Below are positions 1-7,467 of a stretch of 32,000 nt of DNA, piece by piece. The DNA is from Planctomycetales bacterium (GTDB lineage Bacteria > 4484-113 > JAFGCY01), in contig CP060262.1 in the NCBI GenBank assembly GCA_022646745.1, positions 2,190,001 to 2,222,000 on the forward strand, given 5' to 3'. Below the pieces are notes generated by a model that saw only the letters and a list, made by a program, of their open reading frames with translations, made no database searches and was not told the DNA's origin. The translations under genes and the position numbers were made by a program. Position 1 is the first letter of the stretch; each line of letters begins with the position of its first letter.

Positions 1-441
1 GAGCTCCTGCGCCAGCGCGCTATGGAAATGCTGGCCGCTGCCACGAAGCCGGCGGAACTGAAGAGCCTGCTTGGTACACTCTCCGGCCTCCGCGCCCTCG
101 AGCAGCGCGGGCTTGAGCCGAAACCGAAGCGCGCAGCCAGGCAGCCAAAGCCGCTGCAGGATCCAGCGCCTGCCCCGACTGACAGAAGTGGCCTGGCCGT
201 GATGCCGGAGCAGTCCGAGGAATCCACAGCGGATGCAGCGGACCCGCGACCGGAGCAGGAGCTGCCCAGCCTGCCCGACATCACGGAGCTGCAGCGGATG
301 TCACCGATCACCCGCCACAAGCTGGTCAAGGGCTTCCGCACCAGCGTGCAGGAGCTGTTCGATGCTGACAACCTGCCGCGCCAGCAGCGCCGCCAGCTGG
401 AGCGCATCATCGAAAAGCTGGACAAAGCCAGGCTGCAGTAG
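1..441 (+). CDS. hypothetical protein, 5'-truncated at window edge
   Basis: Frame 1 is open from base 1 (GAG CTC CTG...) to TAG at 439-441. G/C-rich third codon positions match the neighbouring genes. The product is Pro/Glu/Gln/Arg-rich with no motif I recognise. Confidence 0.45.
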   Translation, partial: ELLRQRAMEMLAAATKPAELKSLLGTLSGLRALEQRGLEPKPKRAARQPKPLQDPAPAPTDRSGLAVMPEQSEESTADAADPRPEQELPSLPDITELQRMSPITRHKLVKGFRTSVQELFDADNLPRQQRRQLERIIEKLDKARLQ

Positions 442-610
442 CGGCGCGCGCATCGCGCGACTGGCAGTGGATGCGGCGAGGATAAGATAACAGTCATGCT
501 TGGCAATCCGCCAAATGTGCTTCGTGTCTTCGCGCCTTCGTGACAACAAAATAGTTTGCATAAACCACGAAGTCACGAAGGCACGAAGAATGGACGGGGT
601 TGGGATTGAC

Positions 611-690
611 GGAACCGGAAGTAGGGAGGCGGTAATACCGACTCACGGGATGGGGTTTTACCCCATCCCTACCTCAAAGAACTTGGCAAC
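611..690 (+). repeat. twin-hairpin module, copy A (first hairpin degraded)
   Basis: GGAACCGGAAGTAGGGAGGCGGTAATACCG...GGGATGGGGT-ttt-ACCCCATCCC...CTTGGCAAC matches 7708-7787. There is a perfect 10-bp stem at 647-669. Confidence 0.8.
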
Positions 691-726
691 ATGCCCTCAC
701 TCGCGGACTGCGGTGCGCACGCAGTA

Positions 727-974
727 CCCGCTCGGGTGCTGGCGTCGCTTGGCGACGCCGGTACACTTATCGTTTGATTCATCGACAAGCTCAAGTACCG
801 GCGCAGCCATGACGCGAGCAATGAGCAATGAAGACTGAGCAATGAGCCTGACAAACATCTTCTTCCACTGTGGAACTCTGTGGATCTCTGTGTTTGACAA
901 TCCTCTTACATCCATGTTGCCAAAATAGTACCGGCGCGCGCTTCGTGCGCCTGGGAGTGGATGCTGCGAGGTTC
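727..974 (+). repeat. ~245-bp repeat unit R1, copy A
   Basis: Aligns in direct orientation with 7436-7681, roughly 85% identical by eye. Contains, in order:
- hairpin at 741-759
- GAGCAAT heptamer tract at 816-850
- CTCTGTGG repeats
- TTGACAA
- ATGTTGcCAAAAT
- a GC hairpin followed by GGAGTGGATGCTGCGAGG. Confidence 0.85.
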
Positions 975-1028
975 GCAAGACAGATGGGCTTGGCAATCTG
1001 ATTGATTCACTCCACGCCTCTGTTCTTT

Positions 1029-1290
1029 CTCTGCGCCTCTGCGCCTATAGAACCATGCTGGCGAGCACGGTGCTTCCCGCGCGACTGCGCGTCTTGATAG
1101 TTTGTACCTGAGCGCTTCATATTCGTTCGAGTGGCAGCGTAACCTGCGTAGCGGTTCTTTTGGCGCAGAGGCGCAGAGGGATCCTGAGACGCAGAGGAAA
1201 TCAGCTATCTGGCAACATTCACTCACTCGCAAATCGCATTGCGCACGAATTACCCGCTCGCGTGCTGGCGTCGCATGGCGACGCCGCTAC
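1029..1290 (+). repeat. repeat unit R2, copy A
   Basis: CTCTGCGCCTCTGCGCC...ACCATGCTGGCGAGCACG...GGCGCAGAGGCGCAGAGGGATCCTGAGACGCAGAGG...CTGGCAACATT...CTCGCGTGCTGGCG matches 7233-7467. The centre of the unit is diverged. It ends in a truncated R1 start (hairpin 1267-1285). Confidence 0.75.
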
Positions 1291-1363
1291 TGCTTATCAT
1301 TTCTTCCTGCTTCTCATTCTCATTCTGTTTCTCTTACTGCCCACTGACAACTGACCACTAACA

Positions 1364-1426
1364 ACTTCTTCCACTATTCGCACTATTCGCACTATCCGGA
1401 CCATTGCCAGACTGTCGTCTGGCCTC
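1364..1426 (-). repeat. gene-3' module (CACTATTCG repeats + CCAGAC hairpin), copy downstream of DUF2207 gene
   Basis: ACTTCTTCCACTATTCGCACTATTCGCACTATCCGGACCATTGCCAGACTGTCGTCTGGCCTC is the reverse complement of 6825-6889, with a few substitutions and indels. Confidence 0.8.
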
Positions 1427-1452
1427 CACGCCTGGCTTGCGCCAGGCCTCCA

Positions 1453-3477
1453 TCACCAGCCCTTGCCGCCACCGCCGCCACCGCCGCCGCCGCTGTAGCC
1501 GCCGCCACTGCTTGAGCTCGAGCTGCTGCTGAAGCCGCTGCCGGAGCTGCTGCCCCAGCTGCCGCTCGAAGTGCTGCCACCGCCCCAGCCGCCGCCGGAG
1601 GAGGAACTGCTGGACGGGGGAGGCGGGGGCGGGTGCGAGGCCGAGCGGTAGCGCCGGGCCAGTGAGCGTGGCATCACGTTGCCAAAGGAGGTGTAGTCAA
1701 ACTGGTTGCGGTAGACGTAGTCATCCTTGCGGCCGGCATACCAGTCCGGCCGTGACAGGCTGCGGCCGGCTGCCGCCGAGACCTTGCGCAGCTTCAGCAC
1801 CCATTCGAGGTTGACACCGAGCGCCACCGCATAGGGCAGGTACTTCTGCTGCAGCACCTCATCGGCGTACTGGTATTCCCCGAGGCTGTCCTCGCCGCCG
1901 CGCATCGCCAGCCTAAAGCCGTGAATGCGGTCCAGCACGGCACGCCCGAGTGCATTGTATGCCGGCATCAGGATGTAGAAGGTCCCGGAGATTGCCACAA
2001 GTGCCAGCAGGAACAGGAAGAAGTCCGCGCTGTCGAAGAAGAACAGCCCGGTGGACAGGCACATCAGCCAGACGATGAAGGCCGAGCAGGCCAGCACCAG
2101 GCCGGTGCCGCGCTGGCGCGGGTTCATCTCGTAGTAGACATGGTGCAGCTGCCGCGACAGCGACTGCTCGACGGCATCACGCGCCGCCCTGACCGTGGAG
2201 CTGTGGTCGCTGTCCAGGCTGAAGCTCTCCGTGCCGTACCTGAACAACGTATCAAGGAAGGCCTTCTCCTCGGGTTCCAGCATCCGCCGGTCCCGCTTGC
2301 CGTCCTTCAGTTTCCAGCTGCCGCCCTTGCCGCGGGAAATCACAAGTGCGCCCTTCTCCGCCAGCTCGAGGATCAGCGCTGACATCAGCGTGTCGTCAAT
2401 GTCCAGCTTCCAGATCCAGCGCAGCTTGGCGGCGTTCAGCCCGATCAGCGGCCGCTCCTCGCGCATCACCAGGCCCTCGCTCGGGTCGCGCCCGACCCTG
2501 AGCCAGCTGATCCAGAAGTAGAGGAACACGATCAGCGTAAGCAGCAGGGCGACGGCCCAGCCGCCGTTGCTTTCCATCCACCAGGCGAATTTCTGTGAGG
2601 CCGGCACATCGGCCACGATGCCCTTCGGGAAACCGACGACCACCGTCAGCCCTTCATATGTGCTGAGCGTGCGGGTGGTGCTGAAGCGCACGCTGCGGGC
2701 ATCCAGCTGTTCCACCGCGTAGTCCCGGCCGCGGCTGCCGAAGGCGCCGGTGTAGGCCTCGGTGCGCAACTCGACGTCGGGCACATCCTCCGGCAGCACG
2801 ACGGTGCAGCTGATGCTGTCGAAGTCGAACTCCCAGGCGTTGCCATTCACGTTCCAGTACAGTTCGTCCCAGCTGTCAAAGCGGCCGATCTGGCGCAGCA
2901 CCCGGTAGCTGATCGAGTACTGATGCACGCCGTTCTCGAGGTAGACATACGGGCTGCCGATCCGCAGCCCGATGCCGTTGTCAAGCGCGTACTTCATGAA
3001 GACGACCTGCTCGCCATTGTGCTCGACCTTGATGCGGTCGATCGGAACCAGCACCTTGCGGCCACCGGTCTGGTAGATCGTCGGGATCTCCCGGATGATG
3101 CCGCGCTGGATGTCGATGCCCTTCACCAGTACGCGGATGTCCTCCGTGACCTCGATCGAGCCGTCCTGCTGGATCTGGATGGTCGAATCAAAGGAAAGCA
3201 CACGCTCCGGGCCGTCCGGTACTTCGCCTGCGTCCAGCGCATCCTGTTGCCAGTCCGGAGCTTCCTCGACCTCAGCGACAGGCTGCCGTGCTTGCGCTGG
3301 CGACTCGACTGAATCACCGGCCTGCGAGCTTGGATCTCCGGCAAGCTGCTCTGCCTGCTCGAGCGTGCGCTGCACGGCCTTGCCCTGCACACTGCGCGCC
3401 TGCCCGGCCTGTACGGCGGAGCAGGGCAGCAGTAACAGCAGGACGGCCAGCAGCCAGGCGAAAGGGGTGCGCATCAC
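1453..3477 (-). CDS. DUF2207 domain-containing membrane protein (paralog 2)
   Basis: Features of the 674-aa ORF:
- signal peptide LLAVLLLLLPCSAVQAG
- N-terminal ectodomain with DGSIEVTEDIRV...QRGIIREIP, as in DUF2207
- several hydrophobic helices
- Pro/Ser/Gly tail ending GGGGGGGGKGW

The start is GTG at 3477 or ATG at 3474, and either overlaps the upstream stop. Confidence 0.8.
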   Translation of the reverse strand: MMRTPFAWLLAVLLLLLPCSAVQAGQARSVQGKAVQRTLEQAEQLAGDPSSQAGDSVESPAQARQPVAEVEEAPDWQQDALDAGEVPDGPERVLSFDSTIQIQQDGSIEVTEDIRVLVKGIDIQRGIIREIPTIYQTGGRKVLVPIDRIKVEHNGEQVVFMKYALDNGIGLRIGSPYVYLENGVHQYSISYRVLRQIGRFDSWDELYWNVNGNAWEFDFDSISCTVVLPEDVPDVELRTEAYTGAFGSRGRDYAVEQLDARSVRFSTTRTLSTYEGLTVVVGFPKGIVADVPASQKFAWWMESNGGWAVALLLTLIVFLYFWISWLRVGRDPSEGLVMREERPLIGLNAAKLRWIWKLDIDDTLMSALILELAEKGALVISRGKGGSWKLKDGKRDRRMLEPEEKAFLDTLFRYGTESFSLDSDHSSTVRAARDAVEQSLSRQLHHVYYEMNPRQRGTGLVLACSAFIVWLMCLSTGLFFFDSADFFLFLLALVAISGTFYILMPAYNALGRAVLDRIHGFRLAMRGGEDSLGEYQYADEVLQQKYLPYAVALGVNLEWVLKLRKVSAAAGRSLSRPDWYAGRKDDYVYRNQFDYTSFGNVMPRSLARRYRSASHPPPPPPSSSSSSGGGWGGGSTSSGSWGSSSGSGFSSSSSSSSGGGYSGGGGGGGGGKGW

Positions 3478-5219
3478 CAGCCGCTGCCTCCGCCTCCGCC
3501 GCCACCGCCGCCGCTGAAGCCACCGCCTCCGCCGCCACTGCTGCTGCTGGGCGGTGTCGCGCTGTAGCTCACGCGGCTATTGAAGCTGTCGGGCATGCTG
3601 TTGCTGAATCCGCCGTAGTCAAAGAAGTTGTTGTGCATGTAGCGGCTGCCGCCGTAGGAGCGGTACCAGCCCGGCGACGAGACGGACTCGCCGCGCTGTT
3701 TCAGCGCCTCACTGAAGTGGTTGCCCCACTGCTCGTTGACATCGAGCGCCACGGCATGCGCCAGGTAGCGCTCGCTGAGCACCGCGTCGGCATAGACATA
3801 TTCGCCGAGTGTGTCCTCCCCGCCGATCATCGCCAGCCTGAAGCCCTCGATGCGGTCCAGCACGGCGCGTCCCAGTTCGTTGTAGGCCGGCATCAGGAAG
3901 CCGAACAGGATCAGGATGCCCACCAGCAGGAAGGCGGTCAGCACCACCATAAGGTAGTTCGGCAGGATGATGTAACTGGCACTCAGCAGCCAGTAGACCA
4001 TGAAGCCGATGATGCAGAACCAGGCCCCGCGCCCGTAGTAGCTCGTGTTGCGCTCGTAGTAGACGTGGTGGTGCTCGCGTTCCAGCTGGGCCGCGATCGC
4101 CGACAGTGCGGCGGAGATCTTCGTGTAGTTGTCACGGTCAATGTCGAACTCACGCTTGCGCCCGCTGAAGATCTGGTCCATGAAGATCCGCTCCTCGGGC
4201 AGCAGTTCCCCCTCAGTCACGTCCGTGCGCTCGATGCGGTACTTGCCTTCCTTGTACTCGTCGATCACGAGCCAGCCCTTCTGCGCCAGCTGCAGCATCA
4301 CAACGCTGAGGATGCGGTTGTCGGAACCCATCTTCCAGATGTAGCGCAGCGAGGCCGGCGACAGGCCGATCAGCGGAGTCTCCTCGCGCAGGATCAGGCC
4401 GACATGCGGGTCCCGGCCGACACGGAACCAGAGCAGCAGGTAGAACAGGAAGGCTGCGCCAAGCAGCAGGAGCGAACAGGCCCAGAATCCGTTGTCAGCG
4501 ATCCACCAGCGCAGCCGGCTCTGCGGTGTATCCAGCACCACGTCGCCACGCGGGAAGCCGGCGACGATCGTCATCCCCTCGTAGATCGACAGCGGGCGGG
4601 TGCTTTCGTAGATCACCTGCCCGAGTGCGCCGTTGCTGACGGTGTAGTCCTGTCCCTTGTTGCCGTAGACACCGGTGTAGGCTTCAGTCTGGATGCGCGA
4701 GGGGGCGATGTCCCCCGGCAGGGTGACGATGGCGCGCACCTTGTCAATCGAGAAGGTCCAGCGGTTGCCGGTCACGTTCCAGTACAGCTCGTCGTGGTCG
4801 GCGTAGCGGCGCACCTGGCGCGGTGCGCTGTAGCGGATGGTGTAGACATGCTCGCCGAGGCTGACGTAGCGGTCCGCGCTGCCGATGCGGATGCTCGGCA
4901 CGCCATTCGTGTTCTCGACCTCGAACTCCTCCGGCACGCCGTCGAGCCGGATCTCCTTCACCCTGAGCGGCACGCGCACCGGGCGCAGCATGCCGTGGCG
5001 GATCGGGATGTCCCTCAGGATGCCGTGGCGGATGGACTGGTTGCGCACGTTGAAGCGGATGTTCTCGGTGACATCCACGCTGCTGTCGGCATTGACATGG
5101 ATCTCGGCCTCATACAGCAGGATCCGCTCCCAGAGGTCGGACTGGGCCGAGCTGCCCTGCGGCAGCTGGCACAGCAGCACGAGGCAGGCCATGAGCAGCG
5201 GGCGGGTGAAGGTGCGCAC
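3474..5219 (-). CDS. DUF2207 domain-containing membrane protein (paralog 1)
   Basis: The 581-aa ORF has a signal peptide (LLMACLVLLCQLPQGSSA), the motif DSSVDVTENIRFNV...IRHGILRDIP, TM helices, and the tail SSSSGGGGGGFSGGGGGGGGGSGW. It is clearly homologous to the downstream gene along its whole length. Confidence 0.8.
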   Translation of the reverse strand: MRTFTRPLLMACLVLLCQLPQGSSAQSDLWERILLYEAEIHVNADSSVDVTENIRFNVRNQSIRHGILRDIPIRHGMLRPVRVPLRVKEIRLDGVPEEFEVENTNGVPSIRIGSADRYVSLGEHVYTIRYSAPRQVRRYADHDELYWNVTGNRWTFSIDKVRAIVTLPGDIAPSRIQTEAYTGVYGNKGQDYTVSNGALGQVIYESTRPLSIYEGMTIVAGFPRGDVVLDTPQSRLRWWIADNGFWACSLLLLGAAFLFYLLLWFRVGRDPHVGLILREETPLIGLSPASLRYIWKMGSDNRILSVVMLQLAQKGWLVIDEYKEGKYRIERTDVTEGELLPEERIFMDQIFSGRKREFDIDRDNYTKISAALSAIAAQLEREHHHVYYERNTSYYGRGAWFCIIGFMVYWLLSASYIILPNYLMVVLTAFLLVGILILFGFLMPAYNELGRAVLDRIEGFRLAMIGGEDTLGEYVYADAVLSERYLAHAVALDVNEQWGNHFSEALKQRGESVSSPGWYRSYGGSRYMHNNFFDYGGFSNSMPDSFNSRVSYSATPPSSSSGGGGGGFSGGGGGGGGGSGW

Positions 5220-5349
5220 GCCATAACCTTATGCCCGGCGGGGGGCGCTGTCAATTGCATGCCGCGGCGGATTTCACCTGTTTCACACCCCCCGCGCATG
5301 CCCCGTGTATAGAATATGGCAGTCCCGCCCCCGCGGGACGGGAGGACTG

Positions 5350-6774
5350 ATGGCGGGAACCAAGATCGTCTGCACAATCGGCCCGGCCAGCTCTTCGGAG
5401 GAGCAGGTCCGGGCGCTGATCCGCGCCGGGATGAACGTCGCGCGCATGAACTTCTCGCATGGCACGGCTGACACACACCGCGAATGGGTGCAGCGCCTGC
5501 GCCGCGTGGCCGCCGAGGAGAACTCGCCGCTGTGCATCATGCAGGACCTGTCCGGGCCGAAGGTGCGCATCGGGAAGTTCGCGGACGGCAAGGTGTTCCT
5601 CAGCCCGGGGCAGCAGTTCGTCCTCACCGATCAGGAGATCCTCGGCGACGCCAGCCGCGTGCACGTTGACATCGAGGACCTGCCGGGCCTGGCCAGCGGC
5701 TGCGAGCGGCTGATGCTGGCGGACGGCATGATCGAGCTGCGCGTGCTTTCGGTCAGCGGCCGGGAGGTCACAACTGAGGTAGTCGTCGGTGGATTCCTCT
5801 CCGACCGCAAGGGCATCGCCTTCCCGGGACTGGCCCTGCCGATCGACCCGCTCACGGAGAAGGACCTGGCCGATCTTGAGGTCGGCTTCAGCATGGACGT
5901 TGACTACATCGCGCTGTCCTTCGTGCGAGGCCGCCATGACATGGAGGAGCTGCGCCACCGCGTGGACGCGGCCGGCTGCCGCGCCGGGCTGATTGCCAAG
6001 CTGGAGCGCCCGGAGGCGCTCAAGGACCTGCACGGCATCCTCGAGGCCAGTGACGGCGTGATGGTGGCGCGTGGCGACCTCGGCATCGAGATGGCACCGG
6101 AGGAGGTGCCGCTGGCGCAGAAGCGCATCATCCGCGAAGCGACCCGCGCCGGCAAGTACGTGATCACCGCCACGCAGATGCTGGAGAGCATGATCCACAA
6201 CTCATGGCCGACCCGCGCCGAGGCCAGCGACGTTGCCAACGCCGTGCTGGACGGCACGGATGCGGTGATGCTGAGCGGCGAGACCGCCACCGGTGACAAC
6301 CCGGTGCGCGTGGTGGAGATGATGCGCCGCATCGTCGAGGCCACCGAGCGCAGTGACGAGCTGCGCCGGCCGGAGCGCCGCCGCGAGATCGCCGACGAGG
6401 GCAGCGAGTACCTCGCGATCGCCTGGGCGGCTGTCGAGATGGCGGAGATGACCGGGGCCAAGGCACTGGTGGCCTACACTGAGCGTGGCAACACCGCGCG
6501 CCTACTGAGCAAGCGCCGCCCGCGGGTGCCGATCATCGGCATGAGCCAGCATGAGAAGGTGCTGCACCAGATCAACCTCGGGCGCAGCGTGGTGCCGGAG
6601 CTGGTGCGCGACGTGCAGGGCTTCGACAGCCTGATCCGGGTGGTTGACAGCCGCGTGCAGGAGCTCGGGCTGGCGGAGACCGGCGACAAGATCGTGATCG
6701 TGGCCGGCCTGCAGGTCGGCGTCGAATGGAAGACCAACGTGATCAAGCTGCACCGCATCGGCAGCCTGGAGTAA
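5350..6774 (+). CDS. pyk: pyruvate kinase
   Basis: Hallmark motifs are TKIVCTIGPAS, MNVARMNFSHG, GPKVRIG and MVARGDLGIEM. ATG at 5350 is preceded by GGAGG at 5341-5345. The track ORF start at 5305 is probably too far upstream. Confidence 0.95.
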   Translation: MAGTKIVCTIGPASSSEEQVRALIRAGMNVARMNFSHGTADTHREWVQRLRRVAAEENSPLCIMQDLSGPKVRIGKFADGKVFLSPGQQFVLTDQEILGDASRVHVDIEDLPGLASGCERLMLADGMIELRVLSVSGREVTTEVVVGGFLSDRKGIAFPGLALPIDPLTEKDLADLEVGFSMDVDYIALSFVRGRHDMEELRHRVDAAGCRAGLIAKLERPEALKDLHGILEASDGVMVARGDLGIEMAPEEVPLAQKRIIREATRAGKYVITATQMLESMIHNSWPTRAEASDVANAVLDGTDAVMLSGETATGDNPVRVVEMMRRIVEATERSDELRRPERRREIADEGSEYLAIAWAAVEMAEMTGAKALVAYTERGNTARLLSKRRPRVPIIGMSQHEKVLHQINLGRSVVPELVRDVQGFDSLIRVVDSRVQELGLAETGDKIVIVAGLQVGVEWKTNVIKLHRIGSLE

Positions 6775-6824
6775 GGAGGCCCAGCGCAAGCCGGGCTGGG
6801 AGGCCGAGCGCCAGTCCGGCAATT

Positions 6825-6889
6825 GAGGCCAGACAGCAAGTCTGACAACAGTCTGGATAGTATCAATAGTGCGAATAGTGGAAGAAGTA
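6825..6889 (+). repeat. gene-3' module, copy downstream of pyk
   Basis: GAGGCCAGACAGCAAGTCTGACAACAGTCTGGATAGTATCAATAGTGCGAATAGTGGAAGAAGT is the reverse complement of 1364-1426. Confidence 0.8.
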
Positions 6890-7020
6890 GGGGAAGAGGG
6901 GAAGGCGACCGTGCCTTGCCCAGGATGGCGATGGCCATCCGATTGAGAAGTGGTTAGTTCCTAGTAGCGGTGGCACTCTTGCCGTCGAACTGGTGAACCG
7001 TGGCGGCGCGGCCCCGCCGC

Positions 7021-7165
7021 GAGCAGTGAGCAATGAAGAATGAGCAATGAGCCTGACAAACATCTTCTTCCTCTGTGGATCTCTGTGTTTGGCAATCCTC
7101 TTACATCCATATTGCCAATATGGTAGCGGGGCGGCCCTGCCGCGACTGGGAGTGGATGCAGCGAA
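7021..7165 (+). repeat. R1 partial copy C (3' two-thirds)
   Basis: Carries the GAGCAxT heptamer tract, GACAAACATCTTCTTCC, one CTCTGTGG unit fewer than the full copies, TTGGCAATCC, the palindrome ATATTGcCAATAT at 7109-7121, and a GC hairpin followed by GGAGTGGATGCAGCGAAG. A further truncated heptamer-tract copy follows at 7166-7204. Confidence 0.8.
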
Positions 7166-7232
7166 GCAATGAGTAATGAAGAATGAGCAATGAGCCTGAC
7201 AAACGATAGCTAGCTCAGCGCCTCTCTTCAAT

Positions 7233-7467
7233 CTCTGCGCCTCAGCGCCAATAAAACCATGCTGGCGAGCACGAAGATTGTCGCGCCACTGCGCGCCTCG
7301 CATGCGCTCGGGTTTCAACTTGGTCATGATGGGGCGGTTTTACTGGCGCAGAGGCGCAGAAGGGATCCTGAGGCGCAGAGAATCTTAATTCTGGCAACAT
7401 TACCTCTCTCGCGAATCGCGTTGCGTACGAATCTTCCCCTCGCGTGCTGGCGCATCCGGGATGCGCC
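7233..7467 (+). repeat. repeat unit R2, copy B
   Basis: Aligns with 1029-1290. It runs directly into R1 copy B. Confidence 0.75.

Larger units (their letters stand above)
442..1452. repeat. non-coding mosaic repeat array A (~1 kb)
   Basis: Lies between the stop of gene 1 and the stop of the DUF2207 gene. Its modules recur in array B: 436-508~924-998 (internal), 611-690~7708-7787, 727-974~7436-7681, 1029-1290~7233-7467, 1364-1426~rc(6825-6889). It holds many short GC hairpins and micro-tandem repeats. ORFs in the track here are not conserved as reading frames between copies. Confidence 0.85.

Noticed and set aside
500-996. ORFs inside array A (500-838 plus, 697-996 minus); likewise 7242-7706 and 7684-7971 in array B, which share peptide fragments such as GTGSREAVIP..GMG.YPIPTS
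   Set aside because: The shared peptides come from nucleotide-level repeats. The differences between copies include frame-breaking indels and are concentrated in hairpin stems as paired changes rather than at synonymous sites. There are no ribosome-binding sites, and the codon usage is unlike the real genes.
991-1005. Sigma-54 promoter: TGGCAATCTGATTGA has the correct -24/-12 spacing
   Set aside because: The -12 element reads TTGA rather than the near-invariant TTGC. The other TGGCAA occurrences have no TTGC at the correct distance, and no downstream gene is positioned to use it.
3288-5312. 674-aa ORF on the plus strand spanning both DUF2207 genes
   Set aside because: It is antisense to two ORFs with clear DUF2207 architecture. 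Its product is Ala/Arg/Gly/His/Val low-complexity with no motif. Long antisense ORFs like this are expected in GC-rich DNA, where stop codons are rare.
5282-5315. Sigma-70 promoter for pyk (TTCACA ... TATAGAAT)
   Set aside because: A good -10-like TATAGAAT is present, but the best -35 candidate is 20-22 nt away, so I cannot support a specific promoter call. The GTCCCGC-cccc-GCGGGAC hairpin at 5322-5339, just before the ribosome-binding site, is noted but unremarkable on its own.
1364-6889. Composite transposon or mobile island bounded by the ~65-bp inverted repeats flanking DUF2207-DUF2207-pyk
   Set aside because: There is no transposase, integrase or target-site duplication, and the cargo includes housekeeping pyk. 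A third copy of the module follows the coiled-coil gene in the same gene-relative orientation, so the inversion is explained by the two outer genes pointing outward.
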